A stretch of DNA of 64,000 bases, from NCBI GenBank assembly GCA_016932815.1, contig JAFGCC010000002.1, positions 1,889 to 65,888 on the forward strand, read 5' to 3'. Under the pieces are notes generated by a model. That model worked only from the letters and a program-made list of their open reading frames with translations. It searched no databases and was not told the origin of the DNA. The DNA is from Candidatus Micrarchaeota archaeon (GTDB lineage Archaea; Micrarchaeota; Micrarchaeia; Anstonellales; Bilamarchaeaceae). A program made the position numbers and the translations under genes. Position 1 is the stretch's first letter; every line of letters begins with the position of its first letter. This document shows positions 9,755 to 19,278 of the stretch, in pieces.

Positions 9755-10426
9755 ATGATGGCAAGAGGAGCAAGGAAAGGAAGGAGAAGGGATGAGAGCG
9801 TCCGCATGCTGGATGTCGAGTCCTGGACTCCGAAAACCGAAATTGGAAGGCTCGTAAAAAGCAAGGAAATAGCCTCGCTTGAGGAAGTGTTCAACAGGGG
9901 AAAGCCCATACTAGAACCCGAGATAGTGGACACCCTGCTTCCCGAACTTGAAGCCGAAACCCTTACTGTGAGCCCAACCCAGAGGACTACGGACTCCGGG
10001 AGGAAGATGCAGTTTCGGGTAGTCGTCGTGCTAGGCGACAAGAGGGGCCACGTGGGCCTCGGGGTGGGAAAGAACGACGAAGTCAAGCCCGCGATAGATT
10101 ACGCGATGCTTGATGCGCGCAAACACATGATTTCTGTCAAGAACGGATGCGGCTCATGGGAGTGCAGGTGCGGAGGAAAGCACTCGCTTCCAAGGGAGGT
10201 AACCGGGAAGTACGGGAGCACGGAAGTGGTTCTAAAGCCCGCCCCCAAGGGGCTTGGCCTTGCAACCAACTCCGTGGTAAAGAAGGTGCTCACCATCGCA
10301 GGGGTAAAGGACGTGTGGAGCTTCGCAAGGGGTTCCACGTCAAATGTTTACAACATGGCGATGGCGACCATAAACGCTCTGGACTCGCTTAATAGGATGA
10401 AGCCTCAGCCGGGTGATAAGGCATGA
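9755..10426 (+). CDS. rps5: 30S ribosomal protein uS5
   Basis: WTPKTEIGRLV, GCGSWEC, PAPKGLGL. Confidence 0.97.
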   Translation: MMARGARKGRRRDESVRMLDVESWTPKTEIGRLVKSKEIASLEEVFNRGKPILEPEIVDTLLPELEAETLTVSPTQRTTDSGRKMQFRVVVVLGDKRGHVGLGVGKNDEVKPAIDYAMLDARKHMISVKNGCGSWECRCGGKHSLPREVTGKYGSTEVVLKPAPKGLGLATNSVVKKVLTIAGVKDVWSFARGSTSNVYNMAMATINALDSLNRMKPQPGDKA

Positions 10427-10854
10427 AGATTGCAGTAGTAAGAATCAGGGGAATAAGGAACATTTCGCCTAAGATAAAGAATACGCTTAAGCTGATGAAC
10501 CTAGAGAAGCCCAATAACTGCGTAGTCGTAGAAGACAGCGCCCAGAACATGGGAATGGTGCAGGTCTGCAAGGACTACATAACCTATGGGGCAGTCTCGG
10601 AAAAAACGCTCTTTGAGCTCCTTCGCAAGAGGGGCGAAAAAGGCGGAAGGCAGCTTAGGGAAGTCATGGAAGAAGACGAGATTGCGCAGGTCGCAAAGAA
10701 AATCATGCATGAAGAGAACGTGAAGAATTTCGTGAACCCCGTCTTCAGGTTGCATCCTCCAAGGAAGGGCTACAAAACAATTAAAAAGCCCGCCCCAGAA
10801 GGTGACCTCGGCAAGAGGGAGGACATGGATTCGCTCCTAAAGAGGATGATGTGA
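10423..10854 (+). CDS. rpl30: 50S ribosomal protein uL30
   Basis: IAVVRIRG, KDYITYG, FRLHPPRKG. Confidence 0.96.
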   Translation: MKIAVVRIRGIRNISPKIKNTLKLMNLEKPNNCVVVEDSAQNMGMVQVCKDYITYGAVSEKTLFELLRKRGEKGGRQLREVMEEDEIAQVAKKIMHEENVKNFVNPVFRLHPPRKGYKTIKKPAPEGDLGKREDMDSLLKRMM

Positions 10855-10859
10855 TTCTT

Positions 10860-11249
10860 ATGCCAGCAAGGAAGAAAAGGAAAATCGGCAAGATGCGCGG
10901 AAGCAGGAGCTGCGGAACCGGAAACATCAAGAACAAGCGCGGTTCCGGATGCCGCGGCGGAGTTGGCAACGCAGGCTTGCACAAGCACAAGTGGAGCTGG
11001 ATTACTACCAATGACCCGGACCGCTACGGGCGCGAGGGGCTCAAGAGGAAGAGCGTGCGCGTCCCGGTAATTAGCTTATACCAGATAGAGTCCCGGGCCA
11101 CTAAGGGAGAAAAGGAAATCTCCTTTAAGGGAAAGGTCTTAGCAACCGGCGCAATCCGCCAGGCGGTCAAGGTCAAGGCTCTTGCATGGAGTGCGAGGGC
11201 ACAGGAGAAGATAACCGCCGCAGGCGGAGAGATTGCGAAACTTGAGTGA
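10860..11249 (+). CDS. rpl15: 50S ribosomal protein uL15
   Basis: RGSRSCG, RGGVGNAGLHKHKW, KVLATG. Confidence 0.96.
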   Translation: MPARKKRKIGKMRGSRSCGTGNIKNKRGSGCRGGVGNAGLHKHKWSWITTNDPDRYGREGLKRKSVRVPVISLYQIESRATKGEKEISFKGKVLATGAIRQAVKVKALAWSARAQEKITAAGGEIAKLE

Positions 11250-11325
11250 ACCCTTGAATGGATGCCCGCTTTTTCGCGGGCCCCTCCTTGGGCAATATTA
11301 GACAAAAACAAAAAAGGGAATTGAA

Positions 11326-12750
11326 ATGGGCGCGATTCTGGATATTGGGCACAACATTGCACAGCTGCTCCCGGAGATAAAGCCGCCAACGCGGCCTCCT
11401 GAGATAAAAGAAAGGTTCATCTGGACGGGCATTGCGCTCTTCATATTCTTCCTCATGTACAACGTGGTGGCATTCGGGGCAAGGGACCACGGAGCCACCT
11501 TTGACTTCCTGCAGATGATTACCGCATCCAAAGTGGGAAGCCTCCTTACTACCAGTATCGGGCCGATTGTGTTGGCCAGCATATTCCTGCAGCTCTTCTC
11601 AGGAGCGGGAATAATCAACCTCAACCCGCGGGACCCTGCGGAGAAGGTGAAATTCCAGGAGCTCCAGAAAGTTCTTGCGATACTAATTGCGCTAGTTGAG
11701 GCGGCCATCTTCGTAATGACCGGCAGGGTTATGCTCGCAGAAGGGCTTGCCCCGGAAATTGCGATGCCGCTTGTGATACTGCAGATTGCGCTTGGTTCGG
11801 TTGTTGTCCTATACCTGGACGAAGTTGTAACCAAATATGGAATAGGAAGCGGAATCAGCCTGTTCATCGCAGCGGGTGTTTCGTTCTCCGTAATTGGGGG
11901 CGCGGTTGCGCTCGTCTTCGGGGAGGCGGGAGTGCTTAGTGCGGTTTCGGGAGGGGGAGCCGAAGCAATACCCAACGCCCTTATGATACTTGCTCCGATA
12001 CTCGTGACGCTGGTTGTGTGGTTCCTCGTATCGTACGGGGAGGGGATGAAAGTGGAAATTCCCCTTGCATACCAGAAGGCAAGGGGGCTTAGCCCGAAAC
12101 TTCCCCTTAACCTGTTCTACCTGTCAAACATACCGGTTATTTTCGCGAGTGCGCTCCTAATGAACGTCCAGCTGTTTGCAGTGGGGCTTAGCGGAGTGAG
12201 CTTTGATGTGGGGGGATTTGACATCGTTTCCGCATTGGGCTACGTGGATGCCAGCCACCAGCTAACAGACGGGTTCCTGTACCTGATTACCCCGATATAC
12301 GGCGGAGGGCAGAGCACCATTGCACACCTCAACTTCCTCTTAAACGGGGTTACGCCCATATTCGGGATACCGGAGTGGGTGCACGCAATCGTTTATGTCA
12401 TATTCTTGTCCCTGGTTTCGGTCCTCTTCGGCATTTTCTGGGCGGAAACATCCAACATGGACACTAAGGGCATGACCGACCAGCTCCTTGGCTCCGGGAT
12501 GCAGATTCCGGGGTGGAGGACGGATAGGAGGATGCTTGAGAGGATACTAGACAAATACATACCTCCCCTCATAGTGCTCGGTTCGCTCTTAGTCGGGCTG
12601 GTTGCCGGGCTTGCGGACCTTAGCGGCGCGCTTGGTACCGGAACGGGAATCCTCCTTACAGTGGGTATCTTCTATAGGACCTACCAGCAGCTAAAGAGGC
12701 AGAGGATGCTTGAGAACGCCCCGTTCCTAAGCGGGATAATTGGTGAGTAA
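11326..12750 (+). CDS. secY: Preprotein translocase subunit SecY (Sec61 alpha)
   Basis: Multi-TM; IGPIVLASI, GIGSGISLFI, LFYLSNIPVI, GTGILLTV. Confidence 0.98.
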   Translation: MGAILDIGHNIAQLLPEIKPPTRPPEIKERFIWTGIALFIFFLMYNVVAFGARDHGATFDFLQMITASKVGSLLTTSIGPIVLASIFLQLFSGAGIINLNPRDPAEKVKFQELQKVLAILIALVEAAIFVMTGRVMLAEGLAPEIAMPLVILQIALGSVVVLYLDEVVTKYGIGSGISLFIAAGVSFSVIGGAVALVFGEAGVLSAVSGGGAEAIPNALMILAPILVTLVVWFLVSYGEGMKVEIPLAYQKARGLSPKLPLNLFYLSNIPVIFASALLMNVQLFAVGLSGVSFDVGGFDIVSALGYVDASHQLTDGFLYLITPIYGGGQSTIAHLNFLLNGVTPIFGIPEWVHAIVYVIFLSLVSVLFGIFWAETSNMDTKGMTDQLLGSGMQIPGWRTDRRMLERILDKYIPPLIVLGSLLVGLVAGLADLSGALGTGTGILLTVGIFYRTYQQLKRQRMLENAPFLSGIIGE

Positions 12751-12752
12751 AG

Positions 12753-13292
12753 ATGATTATAGTGATGGGGCTCCCCGGAGCAGGCAAGAGCACGGTGCTA
12801 AAGGGAGTGCAGGGCGAAGTCAGGCAGGTAAACTACGGAACCCTGATGTTTGAGATTGCAAAGGAGAAATTCGGGATTGAGGGCCGCGACCAGATGCGCA
12901 AGCTCCCGGTGGAAAACCAGAAGGAGGTGCAGGCGGCGGTCGCAGAGAGGCTCTCCAAAGAGGAGGGGAAGGTAATCCTGGATACCCACTGCTCAATAAA
13001 GACCGGCAAGGGATACCTGCCCGGGCTGCCTTTTGAACTTTTAGCCAAGCTTTCAGTTGAAGGGGTAGTGCTCGTTACCGCAAAGCCCGAAGAGGTTTTT
13101 GAGAGGAGGAGCAGGGACCCAAGCAGGGACCGCGACAGGGAAACCCTAGAGGATGTGCAGGAGCACGATTTCATGAACAGGGCGTTCTTAGCGGCTTACG
13201 CTGCCCACAGGGGCTGCCCGGCAAAGATAATATACAATGCGCAGGGGAAGGTGGAGGAAGCCACCGCAAAGCTGCAGCAAATGCTAGAGTGA
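12753..13292 (+). CDS. adkA: Archaeal adenylate kinase
   Basis: P-loop GLPGAGKST; DTHCSI, GYLPGLP; follows secY. Confidence 0.95.
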   Translation: MIIVMGLPGAGKSTVLKGVQGEVRQVNYGTLMFEIAKEKFGIEGRDQMRKLPVENQKEVQAAVAERLSKEEGKVILDTHCSIKTGKGYLPGLPFELLAKLSVEGVVLVTAKPEEVFERRSRDPSRDRDRETLEDVQEHDFMNRAFLAAYAAHRGCPAKIIYNAQGKVEEATAKLQQMLE

Positions 13293-13298
13293 ACGAAA

Positions 13299-14075
13299 AT
13301 GATTCCTTACGAGATTTACTTTTGGATTGTCACCGCATGCGCGCTGGTTTATACTAGCATAAGCCAGGTGGTGCGCGGAAAATTCGTCAACATGGAGCGG
13401 ATGAAAACCATCCAGAAGGACCTAAACGAATACAACAAGCAGTACTTTGATGCGATGAAGAAGAACAACTCCAAGAAAATGGAGGAGGTAAAAGCCAGGC
13501 AGGACGCCCTCATGCCCGAATTCAACGGCATGATGATGGGGCAGTTCAAGGTCATGGGGGTAATCATAGTAGTTTTCATGAGCTTCATGTGGGTTCTTGG
13601 GGCAATCGACCCGCATATTGAAGACGATTTGAGCTTTGAGCTATCCCTCGCTGGAGACGGGGAGTGGTGCGGGGAAATACCCCTTGGCCCAAACGAAGGG
13701 CCCTGGGAGATTGACGTGACCGCCTTTGAGGGGGACGCGCTAAAATCGGAGAGGGGAGTTACGATATTCTACATTGAGGCCTCCGAGTTCCTGCCTTCCG
13801 GCAAGGTAACCGGTGAGGAAATGAATGTTTTTGCGGATAAGGACCTCTATCTGCAAGATGAAAGCGCGGTTGTGTGCGCGGTCCCTCCTGCCAATGCGGA
13901 CCGGGTCGTAGCGACTGCGAATAGCGGAACTTGGTTCCACGTAGGGCTCCCATTTGAAATACCCGTGCTTGAGACGAGGACGCTAAACGGGGTGAACATC
14001 TGGTTCATCCTGGTTGCAATCGTAGGAGGGCTGGGAATAGCCAGAGTAAAAAAAGCGATTGAAGAAAAAGGGTGA
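13299..14075 (+). CDS. DUF106 / EMC3-TMCO1 (Oxa1 superfamily) membrane protein
   Basis: TM - coiled coil - TM layout; conserved archaeal position between adk and rpl34e. Confidence 0.8.
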   Translation: MIPYEIYFWIVTACALVYTSISQVVRGKFVNMERMKTIQKDLNEYNKQYFDAMKKNNSKKMEEVKARQDALMPEFNGMMMGQFKVMGVIIVVFMSFMWVLGAIDPHIEDDLSFELSLAGDGEWCGEIPLGPNEGPWEIDVTAFEGDALKSERGVTIFYIEASEFLPSGKVTGEEMNVFADKDLYLQDESAVVCAVPPANADRVVATANSGTWFHVGLPFEIPVLETRTLNGVNIWFILVAIVGGLGIARVKKAIEEKG

Positions 14076-14079
14076 GATT

Positions 14080-14397
14080 ATGCCAAACACGAAAAACAGG
14101 TCAACTTCCATGAGGAAAGTAAAAAGGCGCGTCCCTTCCGGGGAGAGCCGGGAATACTACTCCCGCAGGAGCGGGGCGGGCGCTGCACATTGCGCAGTAT
14201 GCAAGGGAGCGCTCAAGGCCGTGCAGAGCACGGGCCCTAAGAGTTCAAGGAGGCCGGAGAGGAAATTCGGCGGCGTGCTCTGCCACAAGTGCCAGAAAAT
14301 CGTGGTCGTGGAAGCGTCCAGGGTAAAGGAGAAGGCAAAGAGCATGGATGATGTGGACATCATCTACCGCAAGTACGTAGAGGGTATCGTAAAATGA
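14080..14397 (+). CDS. rpl34e: 50S ribosomal protein eL34
   Basis: CAVC...RRPERKFGGVLCHKC. Confidence 0.93.
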   Translation: MPNTKNRSTSMRKVKRRVPSGESREYYSRRSGAGAAHCAVCKGALKAVQSTGPKSSRRPERKFGGVLCHKCQKIVVVEASRVKEKAKSMDDVDIIYRKYVEGIVK

Positions 14398-14912
14398 TTA
14401 TAGCTGTTTCCGGTTTGGGCGGAAGCGGCAAGGACACCCTGGGCAGGGCGATTGCAAAAGAGCTCGGCCTCCGGGTGGTGTGCCCCACTTTCAAGACTCT
14501 TGCAGAAGATGAGGGAATTTCCCTCATGGAGTTTCAGGAGAAAGCGAAGAACGACCCGGAAATTGACCGGAAGTTTGATGATGCTTTGAAGAGGGAATGC
14601 TCCGCAGGGGACTGCGTGGTGACCACGTGGCTTGGGCCCTGGATGGTGGAGGCGGACCTGCGCGTGTGGGTTTTCGCTTCCGAAGCGGTGCGCGCTTTGC
14701 GCATCGCAAAAAGGGACAATCTCTCCGAATCGGATGCATTAATGCACATAAAAAAGCGGGACGCGGACAACCGCGAGAGGTACCTTAAGCTATATGGGAT
14801 AGACATATTGGGCGTTGAAAGATTCGACGTTGCGCTGAACTCCGGGAATTATTCCCCGGAAGAAATGGCAAGTATTGTGGCCGAGGCTATCGGCCAGAAA
14901 AAGAAAAGGTGA
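14394..14912 (+). CDS. cmk: Cytidylate kinase
   Basis: P-loop GLGGSGKDT; NRERYLKLYGID; position. Confidence 0.92.
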   Translation: MIIAVSGLGGSGKDTLGRAIAKELGLRVVCPTFKTLAEDEGISLMEFQEKAKNDPEIDRKFDDALKRECSAGDCVVTTWLGPWMVEADLRVWVFASEAVRALRIAKRDNLSESDALMHIKKRDADNRERYLKLYGIDILGVERFDVALNSGNYSPEEMASIVAEAIGQKKKR

Positions 14913-14917
14913 AGATT

Positions 14918-15091
14918 ATGGCAGCAATTGAAGAAGGAAGGATTTGCGTAAAGAACATGGGAAGGGACTCCGGAGAGGAAGTCGTGATCACGAAGATAGT
15001 GGACGACAACTACGTCATGGTAAAGGATGCGAAAGGGCAGGAGAGCAAGGTAAGCATCCGGCACCTGGAGCCCACTTCCCGCAAGGAGTAA
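14918..15091 (+). CDS. rpl14e: 50S ribosomal protein eL14
   Basis: IEEGRICVKNMGRDSG...HLEPT. Confidence 0.93.
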   Translation: MAAIEEGRICVKNMGRDSGEEVVITKIVDDNYVMVKDAKGQESKVSIRHLEPTSRKE

Positions 15092-15092
15092 C

Positions 15093-15971
15093 ATGGGAAA
15101 CGTGGAACCGCTCCTGGAATCCGGAGTGGTCCTGCTGGACAAACCCTGCGGCCCGGTCAGCCATGAGGTCACTTCATGGGTGAAGAAGATGCTCTTCGTT
15201 TCGCGCACCGGGCATGCGGGAACCCTTGACCCCGACGTTTCCGGCGTGCTCCCCGTTGCAATCGGGAGGGCCACCAAGCTCCTTCGCTACATTGCGGGAA
15301 AGAGGAAAACCTACGTAGGAATATGCAAATTCAAAAAAGAGCTCAAGAGTGGGCATATTGAAGACCTTTTTGCTTCTTTTAGGGGGGAAATCGAGCAGAC
15401 TCCCCCCCTTGTTTCCGCGGTCAGGAAAGTTAGGAGGAAGAGGTTCGTGCATTCTTTGGAAGTGCTCGAAATAGACGGGAAGCGCGTGCTCTTCCGCGCA
15501 GTTGTGGAAGCGGGAACTTACATACGGGCTCTTTGTGAGGACATTGGCGAGAAAGCGGGGTGCGGCGCATTCATGGAGGAATTGCGGCGGACTGCTGTGG
15601 GGCGCATAAGGGAGGATTCGTGCTGCACGATGCAGGATTTGTCCGATGCTTATTGGCTCTGGAAGGAGAAGGGAGACGGGCGGCTCCTAGAAAAATGCAT
15701 AGTCCCAATTGAGAAGCTAATTGATTTTAGGAGGATTTACGTTAGGGGCAACGTTCCGGATTCGCTTGCATCCGGGGCGCAGTTGATGGCTCCGGGGCTA
15801 TGCGGGGCGGAGCCTGGGATAAAAAAAGGGGACCTTGTGGCGATTTACAGCGAAGGGGGCGATTTCGTCGGGGTGGGAAGCGCGCTCTTTGACGGAGAAG
15901 AGATGAATTCCAGGGAGCGCGGAAGGATTGTCGCCACCGAGAGAATCCATTGGAAGAAGGGTAAGGAATAA
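15093..15971 (+). CDS. truB: RNA-guided pseudouridine synthase Cbf5/TruB with PUA domain
   Basis: LDKPCGPVSHEV, GHAGTLDP (catalytic Asp), GTYIR, ELRRT. Confidence 0.96.
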   Translation: MGNVEPLLESGVVLLDKPCGPVSHEVTSWVKKMLFVSRTGHAGTLDPDVSGVLPVAIGRATKLLRYIAGKRKTYVGICKFKKELKSGHIEDLFASFRGEIEQTPPLVSAVRKVRRKRFVHSLEVLEIDGKRVLFRAVVEAGTYIRALCEDIGEKAGCGAFMEELRRTAVGRIREDSCCTMQDLSDAYWLWKEKGDGRLLEKCIVPIEKLIDFRRIYVRGNVPDSLASGAQLMAPGLCGAEPGIKKGDLVAIYSEGGDFVGVGSALFDGEEMNSRERGRIVATERIHWKKGKE

Positions 15972-16011
15972 AAACAAATTGGGTATATAGAATATCCCGA
16001 ATTAACTGAAT

Positions 16012-16096
16012 GCGGAGATGGCAGAATCTGGTTATCGCGCACGCCTGGAAAGCGTGTGCCTTTACGGGCTTGGGAGTTCAAATCTCCCTCTCCGCG
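16012..16096 (+). tRNA. tRNA-Ser(GGA)
   Basis: Acceptor GCGGAGA/TCTCCGC, discriminator G; anticodon arm CACGC-CT-GGA-AA-GCGTG; long variable arm; T arm GGGAG-TTCAAAT-CTCCC; CCA not encoded. Confidence 0.95.
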
Positions 16097-16112
16097 AGCG
16101 AAGCGAGCGGGA

Positions 16113-16316
16113 GGGGCAGTAATCGGAGGCGAAGCCGAAGATTACTCCAACCCTCTCCGCGTACCATCCTTTTCTTCTTGAGCTCTGCTCAAGAGATGCA
16201 ATCTCCGATTGCACAGATTTCAAAAAAGAAAAGGCTAGTAGCTCCCAAAAGAAAACAATTATCGGAGTATTATTCCGGGGCAGTAACCGAGGCTGAAGCC
16301 GAAGATTGCTCCAACC
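16113..16316. repeat. Two ~40 bp palindromic direct repeats (16113-16152, 16277-16316) plus a duplicated tRNA 3' end (16151-16161)
   Basis: GGGGCAGTAATCGGAGGCGAAGCCGAAGATTACTCCAACC vs GGGGCAGTAACCGAGGCTGAAGCCGAAGATTGCTCCAACC; CCCTCTCCGCG at 16086 and 16151. Confidence 0.8.
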
Positions 16317-16349
16317 TTATTGCTTACCATCCTTTTTTTGCAAAAAAGG

Positions 16350-17255
16350 TTACCAGCGCACTTCGGAAATGTCCGCGGGGTTCGCATCTGTTGAGGGCTC
16401 CCAGTCCATTGAGAGGATTTCGCGCACATGGCCATGGGGCTGAAGCACAAGGGCCTCAACCTGCTCCGGGGTGTAGGCTTCAAGCTTTATGTTGCGCTCT
16501 TTTAGCCTCCGGGCAATCCCTTCTACTTTGGAATCGGTTGCGAGCACATAGCTCTCCACTATGAAGAAGCTTTGCACGAAAGCCGCATACCCTATTGCGT
16601 TCCTGAACACCTGGGCAAGGGCGGCCTGCACCCTGCCGTGGATTAGCCCCTCAAATACCGGAGAGCCGGTCTGCACAGAAAGAATCCCCCCCTCACCCAT
16701 CTTGGATTTTACGAGAGTGTAGAACTCTTTTGTGAAAAGCATTGTGCTTGGGCCTTCGGGGTCTGTGAGGTCCATGATTACTATGTCAAACCGTTCTTCG
16801 GTTTCTTCTAGGAACTTCCTTCCGTCCCCGATTTTTAGCTCTAGGCGGGAATCCTCAAATGCGCCATCTGAGAGGCTTGGGAAGAATTCCTTTGAAAACC
16901 CTATTACCTCATCGTCCAGCTCTGCTAGGACGACGCGCTCTACTGGGTGCTTGAGCACCTCGCGGAGGGTTCCCCCATCCCCGCCGCCTATTATGAGGAC
17001 GTTTTTGGGGTTGGGGTGTGCGCCCAGGACGGAATGGGCGATTGCTTCATGGTAGTATTTTTCATCCCTTGTGGAGAATTGTATTATGCGGCAGTCGCCC
17101 GAACCTATTAAGAGCATCCTGCCCAATACCGGCGAATCGAAAACGGTTAGCTCCTGGTACGGGGTGGATTTCCTGGCCACCACGGTTCCACTGAGGGTTA
17201 CTCTTGCATTTGGGTTTAGGGAATATATCACCTTGTCTTCGCTCAATTTTTTCAC
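16350..17255 (-). CDS. speE: Polyamine aminopropyltransferase (spermidine synthase)
   Basis: YYHEAIAH, LIIGGGDGGTLREV, MDLTDPEGP, LFTKEFY. Confidence 0.95.
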   Translation of the reverse strand: MKKLSEDKVIYSLNPNARVTLSGTVVARKSTPYQELTVFDSPVLGRMLLIGSGDCRIIQFSTRDEKYYHEAIAHSVLGAHPNPKNVLIIGGGDGGTLREVLKHPVERVVLAELDDEVIGFSKEFFPSLSDGAFEDSRLELKIGDGRKFLEETEERFDIVIMDLTDPEGPSTMLFTKEFYTLVKSKMGEGGILSVQTGSPVFEGLIHGRVQAALAQVFRNAIGYAAFVQSFFIVESYVLATDSKVEGIARRLKERNIKLEAYTPEQVEALVLQPHGHVREILSMDWEPSTDANPADISEVRW

Positions 17256-17596
17256 CTATTTACTCTTTGTGCAGTTAATTTGGAGGGCTTGAACTTCTCC
17301 TTTAGTGCCTCAAAGGCCTTGTCCGCAGAATCCGGTGCGCCGCAGGTAAATATGTCAACTGCGGCAGAGCCGTTCTGCTCAGGCCAGGTGTGTATGCTTA
17401 TGTGCGATTCTGCTAGCAGGATTACCGCAGTAACCCCGTATGGCTCAAACTGGTGCACGTTCTCGCCCAGTTTGGTAAGGCCGCTAGCCGCAACTACATC
17501 GTTCAAAAGAAGCGAAACGGTGTCAGCACGCTCCAGAAGTTCCGGAGGGCATCCGTACATATTCACAAGTATGTGTGTTCCCATGCTCACCCTCAT
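17252..17596 (-). CDS. speD: S-adenosylmethionine decarboxylase proenzyme (class 1B, pyruvoyl); start 17596 or 17584
   Basis: HQFEPYGVTAVILLAESHISIHTWPE (E/SH cleavage site), AVDIFTCG; overlaps speE start. Confidence 0.93.
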   Translation of the reverse strand: MRVSMGTHILVNMYGCPPELLERADTVSLLLNDVVAASGLTKLGENVHQFEPYGVTAVILLAESHISIHTWPEQNGSAAVDIFTCGAPDSADKAFEALKEKFKPSKLTAQRVNR

Positions 17597-18041
17597 CACC
17601 TTCCGGGTCCGAGTCCGAATCCATGAGCCAGTATTAGAGGGGAAAAAAGATTTAAATAAGGCGGATTTGCCCCGGTTTTCACGAGATAAACTCTCACGTA
17701 AAAATTGCCCCTTTTTGCGAAAAAATGCCGGTTTTGGGCAGTGTTTGAACGTGGGGGCGAACGGGAGGTGGGGGTTTTCCCGTCCCATCATGCGGGGATA
17801 GGGGCATGTGGTGGGGCCTGGGGGGTTTGCGCTGGGAGATGCAAATGGGGAAACCGTGCCCAATGGGGCCTGGCGGATGGGGGCTGGGGGAATCCGGCGC
17901 GGAGCACGCCTACGCGTTCTGAAGATGAGGCAGGTTTAAAAATATTACGGCAAGATAATACTACCCTCTACGCAATCTTTTGCATGTGTTTTGCACGTGC
18001 TAATTGTTTTAGGCTAGAGAAGATGTGTTCACGGTGAGTTG

Positions 18042-18653
18042 ATGGCGAAAGCAAAGAAGAAAGATAAAGATAACAAGGATACCAAGACCAAGGAGAAGCC
18101 TAAGAAGGAGAAGGAATCCTCCAAAAGGCCCCAGGCAAGGCCCCACGACAAGGAAGAAGAAGGAGTCAGGGGAATCGTCCGCCTTGCAGGCAAGGATGTT
18201 AGGGGAAACCTGCCTCTATCCAGGGCTCTAATGAGCGTAAAGGGAATCGGGCAGAGCATCAGGAAAGTGGTCGCCAAGGCGATTGCAAAAGAGCTCAAGA
18301 TTGATTCCGAAGTAAAGGTGGGTACTTTTACCGATGAGCAGATTGAGAAAATCGACGCGATACTAGCCAACCTCCAGAAGTACGACCTTCCGGCATACCT
18401 CCTAAACCGGAGGAAGGATACCGAGACCGGAAACGACGTGCACAATATCATGAACGATCTCGTTTTCGCCCAGAGGCAGGACGTGGAGAACGAGAAGAAG
18501 CTCTACACCTGGAGAGGGTACAGGCATGCATACGGCCAAAAGACCAGGGGGCAGAGGACCAAGAACACCGGAAGAAAGGGAATGTCCCTCGGTGTAATCA
18601 GGAAGGCGCAGGCGCCTGCGAGCGGAGGCTCAAAAGATAAAGGCAAGAAGTAG
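18042..18653 (+). CDS. rps13: 30S ribosomal protein uS13
   Basis: [33 protein letters not shown]. Confidence 0.97.
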   Translation: MAKAKKKDKDNKDTKTKEKPKKEKESSKRPQARPHDKEEEGVRGIVRLAGKDVRGNLPLSRALMSVKGIGQSIRKVVAKAIAKELKIDSEVKVGTFTDEQIEKIDAILANLQKYDLPAYLLNRRKDTETGNDVHNIMNDLVFAQRQDVENEKKLYTWRGYRHAYGQKTRGQRTKNTGRKGMSLGVIRKAQAPASGGSKDKGKK

Positions 18654-18661
18654 GTGATTAT

Positions 18662-19267
18662 GTGGGAGACCCAAGGAAATTCGGCAACAAGTACGAGCAC
18701 CCAAAGAGGCTCTGGGAATCCGCGAGGATTAACGAGGAGAGCGCGCTCAAGAGGGAATACGGCCTAAAGACCATGAGGGAGCTCTGGGTCATGAACCAGG
18801 AGCTCAAGATAATGAGGCGTGAAGCAAGGAGGCTTCTTTCAGTAAGCGAAGACGAGAGGCAGAGGGATTTGCCCAAGCTCATGAACAAGCTTGCAAGGCT
18901 TGGAATACTGAGCAGGGATGCAAAGCTTGAACAGGTGCTTTCGCTCACCGTGAAAGACATCCTGGAGAGGAGGCTCCAGACCAGGGTTTACCGCAAGGGC
19001 CTTGCAAAAAGCGTGAAGCAGGCCAGGCAGCTAATTACCCACGGATTCATTTGTGTAAACGGGAGGAAGACCGATTCGCCCAGCTACCTTGTCCCGGTGG
19101 AAGAGGAAGGCTCGGTTTCATACTATAAGAAAGTGGACCTGAATGCCGGAGAGCTCGCAGAAGAGCCTGCGGCGAAGGAAGACTCCATTGAGGAGGAAGA
19201 AGCCGCAGAAGCAAAGGAAGAGGCGGCTGTGCAGGCCGATGCGGACGCAGGCGAGAAAACCGAATGA
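18662..19267 (+). CDS. rps4: 30S ribosomal protein uS4
   Basis: [30 protein letters not shown]; GTG start. Confidence 0.97.
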   Translation: MGDPRKFGNKYEHPKRLWESARINEESALKREYGLKTMRELWVMNQELKIMRREARRLLSVSEDERQRDLPKLMNKLARLGILSRDAKLEQVLSLTVKDILERRLQTRVYRKGLAKSVKQARQLITHGFICVNGRKTDSPSYLVPVEEEGSVSYYKKVDLNAGELAEEPAAKEDSIEEEEAAEAKEEAAVQADADAGEKTE

Positions 19268-19278
19268 GTTGATTATCC

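Noticed and set aside
491-11975. Long antisense ORFs over the ribosomal operon (e.g. 491..1216, 2672..3793, 4565..5887)
   Set aside because: Shadows of well-conserved plus-strand genes; no motifs.
16010-16564. 184-aa plus-strand ORF
   Set aside because: Overlaps tRNA-Ser and the speE 3' end; no protein features.
17640-18040. Replication origin
   Set aside because: No recognisable ORB repeats and no adjacent orc1/cdc6.
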